NCBI GenBank assembly: GCA_017436675.1
Contig: JAFSCS010000040.1
Coordinates: 17,352 to 81,351 of the forward strand
Origin: Clostridia bacterium
GTDB taxonomy: Bacteria > Bacillota > Clostridia > Oscillospirales > CAG-382
Direction: 5' to 3'
DNA: 64,000 bases
The position numbers and the translations under genes were made by a program. The notes beneath the pieces were generated by a model, which worked only from the letters and a program-made list of their open reading frames with translations, made no database searches and was not told where the DNA came from. Of this stretch, positions 20,884 to 30,831 are shown piece after piece (position 1 is the first letter of the stretch; each line of letters starts with the position of its first letter).

Positions 20884-22053
20884 TTAATCGTCTTCATAAA
20901 GATTTTCTTTCAAATACAATACAGGGTTGACCTTTTCTCCATCGATTATTACTTCAAAGTGGAGATGGGTTCCCGTTGAGTTTCCTGTTGATCCGACGAT
21001 TCCGATCGCTTGACCTTCTTTTACTGTATCGCCAACTTCTACAAGATACTCATTCAAGTGTGAATATGACGTGATCATTCCGTTGGGGTGGAGTATTTCT
21101 ATTCTATTGCCATAGCCCCACGAATAGTACTTTTTAACGACCTCGCCATCGCCTGCTGCGATGACCTCTTTTCCTTTTATGTTCGGACCGGAGATATCGA
21201 TCGCTTCGTGGAATTTCCAGCCTTGGCCGATATCACGCCATTCATACGGAGAGGTGATTACACCATAAAGCGGAACGGAAAAGATCTTAAGAGATGCGGG
21301 AGTCATAGAGGAGCTGATCATTACGCCGCGCTCTACTACCTCGGACACGGGCTCCTTCAAGACGACCTTTTCGACAAGAATCTTTTCAACGAGCTTATCG
21401 TTGAGATACACAAGCTCGAAGCTTTCTTTCATTGAACCGTTTTCGCCGTCAACGAGAACTTTTTTATATTTTTTTGTTTTTCCGTCGTTATCAAGATATA
21501 CTGTGTCAAATTCCAGCTCTGTCGTTGTAGACATTGTTTTCTTATAGCTGAGGTCAAGAACGAGATCGGTAACACCGTATACGCTTTTTATTTCGAAAAC
21601 GTATCCGTTCTTATCATATCCAAGCATTTTTTCAAGGACGCTTCCGCTTACGAAAGTGCTTTTATCAAAGTTGGATCTCACTATTTCAAATTCATTCAAA
21701 AATTTCGCTTCGCTTCCTGCACCGAACGCTTTTGCTTTTGCGTTCAAGACGTTTTGCAATGCATTGTTGATAACGCTGTCATCGACACAGGTAGCTATGA
21801 AGATACCGTCTATGTAGAGACCGTAGCCTTCTGCCGTTTCTTTTATTTCGCTTCCTTGGGGATTTTCGGTGTGACCTTCGGAGACATCTGTCGTTGATTC
21901 GTTGACGGATATTTCGTGGTCTTCGATTTCAGATCGATCTCCCATCATCAACGTCAAGCATACTGCCAACAAGGCAACAAGCAAGACGATCAATGAGATC
22001 AATTTCAAATACGGTCTTATTTTCATTAAATACATCGAAAAAATACCTTCCAT
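20884..22053 (-). CDS. M23-family peptidoglycan metalloendopeptidase
   Basis: N-terminal TM. The C-terminal LytM domain has HEAIDI ... GSTGNSTGTHLHFEV. The start could be a downstream Met. Confidence 0.85.
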   Translation of the reverse strand: MEGIFSMYLMKIRPYLKLISLIVLLVALLAVCLTLMMGDRSEIEDHEISVNESTTDVSEGHTENPQGSEIKETAEGYGLYIDGIFIATCVDDSVINNALQNVLNAKAKAFGAGSEAKFLNEFEIVRSNFDKSTFVSGSVLEKMLGYDKNGYVFEIKSVYGVTDLVLDLSYKKTMSTTTELEFDTVYLDNDGKTKKYKKVLVDGENGSMKESFELVYLNDKLVEKILVEKVVLKEPVSEVVERGVMISSSMTPASLKIFSVPLYGVITSPYEWRDIGQGWKFHEAIDISGPNIKGKEVIAAGDGEVVKKYYSWGYGNRIEILHPNGMITSYSHLNEYLVEVGDTVKEGQAIGIVGSTGNSTGTHLHFEVIIDGEKVNPVLYLKENLYEDD

Positions 22054-22173
22054 TTTTTATTCCATTTTAATGCCTTTTTGCATTATACACCTTTTTTGTC
22101 AATATTACAATAGTTTTTTTCGATTTTTTCTTATTTTTTCTTAAAAAAACGAATAAAATTTGATAAAAAACGG

Positions 22174-22202
22174 TTGAAATAGTGATACATTTGGTTTATA
22201 AT
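22174..22202 (+). promoter_or_regulatory. Sigma-A promoter for ilvE
   Basis: TTGAAA, 17-nt spacer, TATAAT, about 50 nt upstream of the ilvE RBS AAGGAGG. Confidence 0.6.
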
Positions 22203-22254
22203 ACTAATTGTGTAAGCTTGTTAAAGTTTACAACTAACCAAGGAGGATCTTCTA

Positions 22255-23319
22255 ATGGAAATCAAATTTATTGAATCTCAAAACAAAAAAGAAAAGCCCT
22301 TTGACAAGCCCTTAGGTTTTGGTAAGTTCTTTTCTGACCACATGTTTCTTATGGACTACAACCCTGAATTAGGATGGCATGACCCGAGGATCGTGCCCTT
22401 TCAAAATATATCTCTTTCACCGGCTGCTATGGTCTTCCACTACGGACAAGAAATGTTCGAGGGTCTCAAGGCTTACCGTACTCCAGACGGTAACGTTCAG
22501 CTTTTCAGACCGCAAAAGAACATTGAAAGACTCAACAGGACTAACGAGCGTCTCTGCATTCCGCAAATGGACCCCGATGACGTTCTCGAGGCTATCAAGG
22601 CTGTCGTTAAGGTTGACAGTGATTGGGTTCCTTATGAGAAGGACACATCGCTTTACATCAGACCTTTCATTATAGCTACCGACCCCTTCCTCGGCGTTAA
22701 GCCTGCGTCCAACTACATATTCTGCATTATTCTTTCGCCGGTTGGTGCATACTATCCCGAAGGAATGAATCCCGTTAAGATATTCGTTGAGACCGAATAC
22801 GTTCGCGCTGTTAAGGGCGGTATCGGTTTTGCGAAGGCGGGCGGAAACTATGCGGCTTCGCTCAGAGCTCAAAAGAAGGCTCACGAGCTCGGATATACTC
22901 AAGTTCTCTGGCTTGACGGTGTTTACCGCAAATACATCGATGAGGTTGGTACGATGAACGTATTCTTCGTTATCGGTGACGAGGTCGTTACACCTATGCT
23001 TGAGGGCAGTATTCTTCCCGGAGTTACGCGCGATTCCGTTATCAACCTTTTAAAAGCAAGAGGCTACACCGTAAACGAGAGAAGAGTTTCCGTTGACGAG
23101 CTTTTCGAGGCTCACAAGGAAGGTAGACTCAAGGAAGCGTTTGGAAGCGGTACTGCTGCAGTTATTTCTCCGATCGGACTTCTTGATCGCGACGGCGAAA
23201 AGATCGTTATCAACGGCGGCGAGATCGGCGAGATCTCTCAAATGCTCTACGATCAGCTTACAGACATCCAATGGGGACGCGCTGAGGACGAGTTCAACTG
23301 GATCGTTAAGATCGACTAA
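22255..23319 (+). CDS. ilvE: Branched-chain amino acid aminotransferase
   Basis: 354 aa, class IV aminotransferase layout. Motifs FEGLKAYR, YIRPF, the VRA..GG.G..K.GGNYA region and EVGTMNVFFV. Confidence 0.95.
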   Translation: MEIKFIESQNKKEKPFDKPLGFGKFFSDHMFLMDYNPELGWHDPRIVPFQNISLSPAAMVFHYGQEMFEGLKAYRTPDGNVQLFRPQKNIERLNRTNERLCIPQMDPDDVLEAIKAVVKVDSDWVPYEKDTSLYIRPFIIATDPFLGVKPASNYIFCIILSPVGAYYPEGMNPVKIFVETEYVRAVKGGIGFAKAGGNYAASLRAQKKAHELGYTQVLWLDGVYRKYIDEVGTMNVFFVIGDEVVTPMLEGSILPGVTRDSVINLLKARGYTVNERRVSVDELFEAHKEGRLKEAFGSGTAAVISPIGLLDRDGEKIVINGGEIGEISQMLYDQLTDIQWGRAEDEFNWIVKID

Positions 23320-23336
23320 CTGAAAGGATCTTTATA

Positions 23337-24521
23337 TTGGAAGAAAGACAGATCACTACCGATGAGGTCTCCGTCGATACTGCTGAGGTAGCAACGGAGC
23401 AAAAGGAAAAGATCAAGGTCGTCACTCCATATATTATCGCATCAGCTATTTTCGCAATTATTGCGCTCATAGTTTATTTGGTTTCAAGAAGCAGTGTTTC
23501 TTTCGCAGAGTTTTATTCCCGCACGATATCCCAATGGATACGCGCGGCTATCGGAACGCTCACAGGGTGGTTTCCCTTCTCTCTCGGCGAAACACTGCTT
23601 TATTCTTTGATCCCGCTTGCTGTAGGATATTTCATTTTCACGATGAGGCGGATGAAGAAGGACGAGCGATTGTATTGGAAATGCGTTTTGCCCTTGATCG
23701 CTATCATTTTCAACATATTATCATTATACGTGCTCGGGTTCGGAGTTTGCAATTTCAGGTATTCGCTCGACAAGAATCTCGGACTTGAGCGAAACAAGGT
23801 GTCGGCAGAAGAATTGGCGATGACGTCCGACCTGCTTTCGATGCAGCTTTCGTCTATCATTGACGAGGTCAAGTTTATTGAAGAGGACGCGTCGGTGATG
23901 CCTTATGATTATTTCGAGCTGATCCGAAGGCTTGACGATGCTTTTTCGAAATATGCTTCCGAGCACGACTATATTTCTCATTTCTACGCGAAGCCGAAGG
24001 TGATCGCATTATCGGAGCTGATGACGTACACGCACATTTCGGGTGTTTACTCTTTTTTCACGGGTGAAGCGAACGTAAACGTTAATTATCCCGATTTTGT
24101 TTTGCCGTACACTATGGCGCACGAGATGAGTCACCAACGTGGTATTGCGCGAGAGGATGAGGCGAATTTTGTTGCATTTCTCGTTTGCATGGAAAGCGAG
24201 GACCCATACATTCAATACAGCGCGCTGCTTAATATGCAGGAATACGTATTATCTGCTTTGGCAAAGGCTGACAAGGAGCTTTATGCCGAGAAATACTATG
24301 GGCTTCCCGATGAGGTGAGATACGAGTTGATATCTTACTCGAAGTTTTTCAAGAAATACGAGATTAGCGTTGCGGCGCAGGTCACCGACAAGGTCAACGA
24401 CAAGTTTTTGCAAGCCAACGGACAACAAAACGGAACGAAGAGCTACGGTATGGTCGTAGATCTCACCGTTGCGCTTTACAAGAGCATTTACCCATCGTTA
24501 TATGACTTTTCAAACGAATAG
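23337..24521 (+). CDS. DUF3810-like membrane zinc-metalloprotease-like protein
   Basis: N-terminal TM helices, then a HEMSHQRG (HExxH) motif. Size and layout fit DUF3810. TTG start is uncertain. Confidence 0.65.
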   Translation: MEERQITTDEVSVDTAEVATEQKEKIKVVTPYIIASAIFAIIALIVYLVSRSSVSFAEFYSRTISQWIRAAIGTLTGWFPFSLGETLLYSLIPLAVGYFIFTMRRMKKDERLYWKCVLPLIAIIFNILSLYVLGFGVCNFRYSLDKNLGLERNKVSAEELAMTSDLLSMQLSSIIDEVKFIEEDASVMPYDYFELIRRLDDAFSKYASEHDYISHFYAKPKVIALSELMTYTHISGVYSFFTGEANVNVNYPDFVLPYTMAHEMSHQRGIAREDEANFVAFLVCMESEDPYIQYSALLNMQEYVLSALAKADKELYAEKYYGLPDEVRYELISYSKFFKKYEISVAAQVTDKVNDKFLQANGQQNGTKSYGMVVDLTVALYKSIYPSLYDFSNE

Positions 24522-24538
24522 AACAAAAAGGAAAAAAG

Positions 24539-24573
24539 GCTCGGCATCCGATAAGATGCCGAGTTTTGTTATT
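24539..24573. repeat. Terminator hairpin, copy 1 of a 35-nt exact repeat (copy 2 at 63614-63648)
   Basis: gctcggcatccgataagatgccgagttttgttatt occurs identically at both loci. Each copy lies between convergent genes and is preceded by an A-run. Confidence 0.9.
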
Positions 24574-24584
24574 TTATTTAATAT

Positions 24585-25499
24585 TTATTTTATTTTCGCT
24601 ATATCGGCGACTGACGTCCATCTTGTCATATCCACATAGCCTTTGCCTTCGACATAAACGTCCTGACCTGCCTTATCAAGCGAGAACCTTTTAAAGTCGA
24701 TACGATATACATCGTTATACAATTCATCTGCTATCTTATTAAGCTTCTCCTTTTTTTCGGTCAATTCTTGAAGTGTTTGGGCTTCTTTTTCTGTCAAAGG
24801 TGTTTCTTTGTATTCATACTTGCTCATTTCATTAGCAATATCAATTATATCATCGGAGATTGTGTAAGTCGCATTTTTATATTCGTCAATGGTTTCAAAG
24901 CCCAATTTTTTATAATTTGTTGTGAAGACAAGGTCATATCCCACTTCACGATTGATGGTTGCAATGTGTTTGAGCCCAAACTCATCACCGAAATAGAAAT
25001 CATCACCGAATACCTCAAGCATTATCCCGAGGAAAACAAGCGAATTTCCTGCTCTTGTACCTTTGCTGCAATCAACGATAATTTTCTCGGGACCGTATTC
25101 GAATGTACGAACATCAACCCCATCGCGCTGACCGACTACTTTAGACGTTATTTTAACCGATTGACGTGTGATTGAAGTCTTGGGGAAATTGCCGGAAACG
25201 AAAAAGGACGTGTACCAAGAACATTCTACGAATATTTTATCGTATTCCTCGAAAAGCTTCAAGGTCAGCTTAGCAATTTCGGACAGAGTCTCATCGTTAA
25301 TTTCCGTATAGTTCAAGCTCTTTGCATATTCGGTCAGATCGAGTGTTTTTTCGGTTTCTACTACTGCGGTGCTGACAGTCTCATCAACGAGGCGTTCGTC
25401 GCCTTTCGGTGTATCTTTACCGGTCAAAGCAAAGACGGTAAAGCCGACTATTGTTGCCAAAGCCAAAACAATGAAAGTAATTAACAAGCTTTTTTTCAT
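24585..25499 (-). CDS. Secreted/membrane-anchored hypothetical protein
   Basis: Signal/anchor MKKSLLITFIVLALATIVGFTVFAL and a strong RBS (AAAGGAGG). Confidence 0.65.
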   Translation of the reverse strand: MKKSLLITFIVLALATIVGFTVFALTGKDTPKGDERLVDETVSTAVVETEKTLDLTEYAKSLNYTEINDETLSEIAKLTLKLFEEYDKIFVECSWYTSFFVSGNFPKTSITRQSVKITSKVVGQRDGVDVRTFEYGPEKIIVDCSKGTRAGNSLVFLGIMLEVFGDDFYFGDEFGLKHIATINREVGYDLVFTTNYKKLGFETIDEYKNATYTISDDIIDIANEMSKYEYKETPLTEKEAQTLQELTEKKEKLNKIADELYNDVYRIDFKRFSLDKAGQDVYVEGKGYVDMTRWTSVADIAKIK

Positions 25500-25711
25500 A
25501 GTATTTCCTCCTTTTTATTTTGTAATTGAAAGATCATATTATCTTGGGTAAGGTTAGATCTCGTCGCGAAGCGGTGGTTTACCCCTTAGCACCTCTTCGC
25601 GTATTATTGGCTTTTTCGTCCATACGCATCACCCCTGAGTCAGCGTTCTGGGCTTTGTTTTTCTACCGTTTCAGTGCCCTGTTACTCAAACGGTATAATA
25701 TCCCTAACTTT

Positions 25712-25740
25712 ATTATAGAGAGTAAAGAAGCATTTGTCAA
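25712..25740 (-). promoter_or_regulatory. Consensus sigma-A promoter (minus strand)
   Basis: Minus strand reads TTGACA (25740-25735), exact 17-nt spacer, TATAAT (25717-25712). It would produce a leader of about 205 nt before the ATG at 25499. Confidence 0.7.
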
Positions 25741-25751
25741 CCCATATCGAT

Positions 25752-25792
25752 AAAAAAACTCCGTTTTTTTAATCAAAAACGGAGTTTTTTCG
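25752..25792. terminator. Bidirectional terminator
   Basis: aaaaaaactccgttttt...aaaaacggagtttttt; a perfect stem with a T-run on one side and an A-run on the other. Confidence 0.8.
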
Positions 25793-27151
25793 TTAGTTTT
25801 TAAGGCTATGTATCGGTGCGGGAATTCGTCCGCCTCTGTTAACAAACTCGGCGGGAGAGAATTTATTGACGGGCATTATCGGTGCATATCCGAGGAGTCC
25901 GCCGAACTCGACGCTATCGCCGACTGTTTTTCCATATGCGGGGATTATTCTTACAGCGGTGGTTTTATTATTGATGACGCCGATGGCGACCTCATCGGCA
26001 ATTATTGCGGATATTATTTCAGCCGGAGTGTCTCCGGGGATCGCGATCATATCAAGGCCGACAGAGCAAACGCAGGTCATTGCCTCAAGCTTTTCGATCG
26101 TGAGCGCACCGCAATTTACGGCATCGATCATACCTTGGTCCTCGGAGACGGGGATGAATGCACCCGAAAGTCCGCCGACGTGTGACGACGCCATTGAGCC
26201 GCCTTTTTTGACGGCATCGTTAAGCATTGCAAGTGCGGCGGTAGTGCCGTGTGCACCGCAACGCTCGAGTCCCATTGCTTCGAGGATATGGGCAACGGAG
26301 TCGCCCACTGCGGGAGTCGGTGCGAGTGAGAGGTCAACTATACCAAAGGGTACGCCGAGGCGTTTTGAGGCTTCGGTCGCAACGAGCTGGCCCATTCTCG
26401 TTACCTTGAAGGCTGTTTTCTTTATTGTATCGGATAGGTAGGAGAAATCCTTACCTTTTGCATTCTTTACTGCCGATGCTACGACACCGGGGCCCGAGAC
26501 ACCGACGTTGATACAGCATTCGTTTTCGCCGACGCCGTGGAATGCGCCCGCCATAAAGGGATTATCCTCGGGGACGTTTGCAAAGACGACAAATTTCGCG
26601 CATCCGAGCGATTGGTCTTCTCGTGAATTGTAGGCGATATCCTTTATGGTTTTACCGAGCATCAGGACTGCGTCCATATTTATTCCCGAGCGAGTGCTTC
26701 CTACGTTAACGCTCGAGCAGACGACGTCTGTCGTTGTCAATGCTTCGGGGAGCGACTTTATCAGCTCTATATCGCCCTTTGACATTCCTTTTTGGACGAG
26801 AGCACCGAAGCCGCCGATAAAGTTTACGCCAACAGCTTTTGCGGCTTTATCGAGGGTTTTGGCGAGTCTTACGTATCCGTCCCTGTCAAGTGAGCCGCCT
26901 ATTATTGCGGCAGGAGTCAAAGAGATACGTTTATTAATTATCGGGATACCGTATTCTTTTTCTATCTCGCTGCCGACGCTGACAAGGTTTTCGGCATATT
27001 TCGTTATTTTATCATATACTTTTTTAAAAAGCACGGTTTCATCGTCGCTGACACAATCGAGGAGCGAGATACCCATTGTTATAGTTCGAACATCAAGATG
27101 CTCGTTCTCGATCATATTGACGGTTTCGAGAACATCGGAAAAATTCAGCAT
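25793..27151 (-). CDS. UPF0210 (DUF711, PFL-like) family protein
   Basis: 452 aa. The N-terminus ...[27 protein letters not shown] is typical of the family. It forms the conserved pair with the upstream ACT-domain gene. Confidence 0.85.
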   Translation of the reverse strand: MLNFSDVLETVNMIENEHLDVRTITMGISLLDCVSDDETVLFKKVYDKITKYAENLVSVGSEIEKEYGIPIINKRISLTPAAIIGGSLDRDGYVRLAKTLDKAAKAVGVNFIGGFGALVQKGMSKGDIELIKSLPEALTTTDVVCSSVNVGSTRSGINMDAVLMLGKTIKDIAYNSREDQSLGCAKFVVFANVPEDNPFMAGAFHGVGENECCINVGVSGPGVVASAVKNAKGKDFSYLSDTIKKTAFKVTRMGQLVATEASKRLGVPFGIVDLSLAPTPAVGDSVAHILEAMGLERCGAHGTTAALAMLNDAVKKGGSMASSHVGGLSGAFIPVSEDQGMIDAVNCGALTIEKLEAMTCVCSVGLDMIAIPGDTPAEIISAIIADEVAIGVINNKTTAVRIIPAYGKTVGDSVEFGGLLGYAPIMPVNKFSPAEFVNRGGRIPAPIHSLKN

Positions 27152-27172
27152 TTTCGGGGGTTCCTTTCGTTA

Positions 27173-27442
27173 CTATATGCGGTGCATCGAGTTAAAGATA
27201 TCCTCGTGCATTGTATGGATACAAAGACCGTTTTCCGTTCCAAGCTCACTTAACTTATCTATAAAATCGCCAAATTGGATATTCAGTCCTGTTATGTCAA
27301 CGAGCATCATCATTGCAAAATATTCCTTCATTACGCTTTGGGAGACGTCGAGGATATTTGCGTTATAGTCGGCACATCTTGCGCTTACCTTTGCGACGAT
27401 ACCTACGTTATCTTTTCCTGTTACGGTTATTACTGCTTTCAT
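27173..27442 (-). CDS. ACT-domain protein (UPF0237 family)
   Basis: 89 aa, MKAVITVTGKDNVGIVAKVSA..., the conserved partner of UPF0210. Confidence 0.8.
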   Translation of the reverse strand: MKAVITVTGKDNVGIVAKVSARCADYNANILDVSQSVMKEYFAMMMLVDITGLNIQFGDFIDKLSELGTENGLCIHTMHEDIFNSMHRI

Positions 27443-27593
27443 TACGTTTCATTCCTTTTGTTTTAATTCCTCTTATTTTAACATATATTATCTACTTTTG
27501 CAATAGACTATTTAATTTGAATTATTTACATTTTATTAACATTTTTTATTTATAATATGATAATATTATATTAAATAAAGGAGGGTATAAAAT

Positions 27594-28244
27594 ATGGCCA
27601 GGATATTAGTCGTTGAGGATGAGGTCATGATTAACGAGCTCATCGTTGAAAATCTAAAGCTTGTTGGGCACAAGTGTATTTCCGCCTTTGACGGCGAAAA
27701 GGCGCTCGAGATAATTAACAGCAATCTGCTCGATCTTATTATTCTCGACGTGATGCTACCGAAAAGGTCGGGGTTTGATATTATAAAGGAGATCAGCAAC
27801 GTCCCCGTTATCTTTCTGACAGCCAAAAGCGATCTCAGCGATCGCTTGAAGGGGCTTTCGCTCGGGGCGGATGATTATATTTTGAAGCCATTCGAGATGC
27901 CCGAGCTTCTCGCTCGTGTGAAGGTCATTCTCAGAAGGACAAAACGCGACGAGATGTTCTTCCCTATTGATGACAAGCTGATCGATTTCGAGCAAAGAAA
28001 AGTATTCAAGGACGGAGTTGAGGTCGACCTTACTCCGAAGGAATTCGATATTCTTGACGCTTTGGTGACAAACAGAAACATCATTTTGACACGCGAGCAG
28101 CTCATTTCGCTTGTTTGGTCCTTTGATTATGAAGGCGACACGAACCGTATCATCGACGTTTACATCCGTCAGCTCAAAAAGAAGCTTGAGCTTCAAAACA
28201 GGATCAGGTCCATTTACGGCGTTGGGTATAGGTTGGAATTATGA
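27594..28244 (+). CDS. OmpR-family response regulator
   Basis: Receiver domain (ILVVEDE, DLIILDVMLP) plus a winged-helix output domain (LTPKEFDILDAL...VYGVGYRL). Confidence 0.9.
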   Translation: MARILVVEDEVMINELIVENLKLVGHKCISAFDGEKALEIINSNLLDLIILDVMLPKRSGFDIIKEISNVPVIFLTAKSDLSDRLKGLSLGADDYILKPFEMPELLARVKVILRRTKRDEMFFPIDDKLIDFEQRKVFKDGVEVDLTPKEFDILDALVTNRNIILTREQLISLVWSFDYEGDTNRIIDVYIRQLKKKLELQNRIRSIYGVGYRLEL

Positions 28245-29605
28245 GGATGAAGTTTTTTGAGCGTTCCTACATTTTGACACTGGTTTTGTTTCTCGTGTTC
28301 TTCAACGGAGCTATCTTTTTGTTGGAATATTTTACTTATCAAAGAAATCTTGATTCCGAGATACAGGTGGCAAGATCGGAGCAATATCTTATTAGCGAGG
28401 CATATGAGCGAGATCATTCGTCGGGTGGAAAATACAAAAGCGACGTGCTTCAAAATTCTTATGGCAGCTTTTATCTCGAAAAAGGAATAATGCTTTCATT
28501 TTCAAAGGATGGAGAGGTAACATTTTCCAATATTACGGAGGGTGCTGTCATTCCTCAAAGTGACGTTTTATCGATCGACAAGATCGGAGGCAGAAAGCAC
28601 ATTCTTATCAGCAAATATATTTGCGACGGGGATATTCTTTTGACTTATGCAAAGGATATCAACGAGCTTGAGGAGGAGCTCAGCAAGCTTATCATTACTT
28701 TTGGCGGTGTTTCGTTGGTCGCATCGGTCTTATTTGCACTACTACTTTATTATATGCAAAAAAGACTTCTTGTTCCGCTTGAAAAGCTCAGAAGCGTGAC
28801 GAAGGATATTTCAAACGGGAATTTCGAAGCGAGGGCGGATGAGACCGGGGATGATGAGTTTTCGCAGCTTGCTCGTGATTTTAATACTATGACCGACAAG
28901 ATAAACGATCAGATCGACGAGTTGAAGAATGCGGCGGCGAGAAAACAAGCTATGCTCGACAATCTCGCTCACGAGCTTCGCACTCCTTTGACGACGATTT
29001 ACGGATATGCGGAATATGCGCACGGCGTTAAGCTCAGTGAGGATGCGCTTTTGAGGTCGCTTCGCAACATTATGAGTGAATCGAAAAGATTGGGCAGCAT
29101 CAGCGACACGCTTTTGGATTCCGCTTTTATTCGTGAAAACGGGATCGAAAAGAAGAAGGTCTCCGTTGAGGGTATTTTATATCGCACCGTTGAGCGATTC
29201 AGCATTCGCGCTTCGGAAAAGAGAGTATCCTTAAAATACGTTGGGGGAAAGCTTGACGTATATGGCGACGAGACGCTTTTGGAGATAGTTGTTTCCAACT
29301 TGGTCGAAAATGCCATTCGTGCGTCGCACGAGGGTGGGACGGTCGAGATCGGTGTTGATGAGCAATCAAAAAGCATTTTCGTCAAGGACAACGGAGTCGG
29401 GCTCGACGACGAGCAGATAAAGCATCTGACCGAGCCGTTTTATCGGACTGACAAATCGAGAAACAGACGAGAGGGCGGAACGGGGCTCGGACTTGCGCTT
29501 TGCAAACGCATCACAGATGCTCACGGTGCATCACTTGTTTTCAAGTCGGAGCCCGGTGTCGGAACAACTGTTAGCGTAACATTCGATGGCGGTGATGATT
29601 TATGA
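28241..29605 (+). CDS. Sensor histidine kinase (TM-HAMP-HisKA-HATPase)
   Basis: H-box LAHELRTPLT, N-box NLVENAIRA, G-boxes DNGVGL and GGTGLGLAL. Overlaps the RR stop by 4 nt. Confidence 0.9.
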   Translation: MRMKFFERSYILTLVLFLVFFNGAIFLLEYFTYQRNLDSEIQVARSEQYLISEAYERDHSSGGKYKSDVLQNSYGSFYLEKGIMLSFSKDGEVTFSNITEGAVIPQSDVLSIDKIGGRKHILISKYICDGDILLTYAKDINELEEELSKLIITFGGVSLVASVLFALLLYYMQKRLLVPLEKLRSVTKDISNGNFEARADETGDDEFSQLARDFNTMTDKINDQIDELKNAAARKQAMLDNLAHELRTPLTTIYGYAEYAHGVKLSEDALLRSLRNIMSESKRLGSISDTLLDSAFIRENGIEKKKVSVEGILYRTVERFSIRASEKRVSLKYVGGKLDVYGDETLLEIVVSNLVENAIRASHEGGTVEIGVDEQSKSIFVKDNGVGLDDEQIKHLTEPFYRTDKSRNRREGGTGLGLALCKRITDAHGASLVFKSEPGVGTTVSVTFDGGDDL

Positions 29606-30831
29606 TGAAAGGCAGACGGGTCCTTTTTGCTTCTCTTGCGCTGATCTTCGCTTTATCGATGACGTTAACGATCGTTATGTCGCTAATGACGTTCTTTAGC
29701 GGTGGCAAAAAAATAACGTTAAAGGACAAATTGACTCCTCAATTGAGCATTGATCTTGAGGAGTTGACAAGTCAAAATGCAGAGATACGAAGAAAATTTG
29801 AGATATATTCGTTTCAAAAGGACGAGGACGGCAAAAAGGTTTTTGAGATCTTTTCTCCGAAGCAGGTTGAGGATATCAACACCTCAAAGAAAAACGGTGT
29901 TGTTTTTTCGCTGAACACAAAGGAAACTTTGTTTTTACTTTACGACACGATCGAATTGTTTTACAAAAATGATATTATTCGAATAACCGACGTAAACGGT
30001 ACGACACACGAATTCTTTGGGGTTAGTCATTATTCTTCATCGGAATACTTCGATAATTTCGGTGGGTTGAACGTTGGCAAGGTCGATATGTCTTATGACA
30101 TCAACGAAGATATTTATTTTACGGTCAAGACGAGAGTCGAGATACTTTGCAGTTCGTTTCAAGGATATCTCGACACGACTTATCTTATTTTGAATGCAAC
30201 TCGCGAGTTGGAAGCGGAAGAGTTGGACCTTCTTTGCGCACGGATCGAGATGATCGATTTCGGATGTGTGCCCGAGTTGGAAGAAAAATACGCCGAGCTT
30301 TCGAGGATGCCGCTTGACGGGTTCAGGTTTTCAAACGGCAGGATCGATTTTTTCCACAGCATCACACAAGAGCTTCCTGCCGTTCACGAGGCGTTTCCTA
30401 CGGGCTCTGCTCCATATGAGGCGGGTAGATACAAATATGACAGGATCGGCAAGGTCGTTGTTATTGAGGTATACAGAAAATGGTCGGAGCAGCTCGTTGC
30501 ACGGATAAGATATGATTCAAAAAATGATACGGATATCGTTAACGAGCTATATGCTTTGATCAAGAATGAACGTCCGTATTTTGAGCGCATATCGGGTGAT
30601 ATGCCAAGCTTGATCGCCAATTATCGTATTGCCGTTTATTTCAACGGAATGCCGTTCTTACACGAAGGAGGGCGTGATCGCGCGATCGTATTCGATCCCG
30701 ACGGGGAGACTGATATTTTTGCGTTCACGGACGGAGACGATATTTTTGATCGAAAAGAATATTATTTCACGGGTGGAAAAGAATTGACGGATCGTATTTT
30801 CAAGCTTGTTTTAGAAAAAATACATCAATAA
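29602..30831 (+). CDS. Membrane-anchored hypothetical protein, translationally coupled to the kinase
   Basis: ATGA overlap with the kinase stop. N-terminal TM (VLFASLALIFALSMTLTIVMSLMTFF). No motif recognised. Confidence 0.65.
   Translation: MMKGRRVLFASLALIFALSMTLTIVMSLMTFFSGGKKITLKDKLTPQLSIDLEELTSQNAEIRRKFEIYSFQKDEDGKKVFEIFSPKQVEDINTSKKNGVVFSLNTKETLFLLYDTIELFYKNDIIRITDVNGTTHEFFGVSHYSSSEYFDNFGGLNVGKVDMSYDINEDIYFTVKTRVEILCSSFQGYLDTTYLILNATRELEAEELDLLCARIEMIDFGCVPELEEKYAELSRMPLDGFRFSNGRIDFFHSITQELPAVHEAFPTGSAPYEAGRYKYDRIGKVVVIEVYRKWSEQLVARIRYDSKNDTDIVNELYALIKNERPYFERISGDMPSLIANYRIAVYFNGMPFLHEGGRDRAIVFDPDGETDIFAFTDGDDIFDRKEYYFTGGKELTDRIFKLVLEKIHQ

Noticed and set aside
25500-25705. Tried to assign the structured leader to a known riboswitch class or to 6S or SRP RNA.
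   Set aside because: None of the conserved cores I can recall is present. The cores checked were the T-box GGTGGTACCGCG, TPP CTGAGA/ACCTGA, the M-box 5' GTTAGGTGAGG, SRP GGAAGCAGC and others. It is left as an unclassified candidate.
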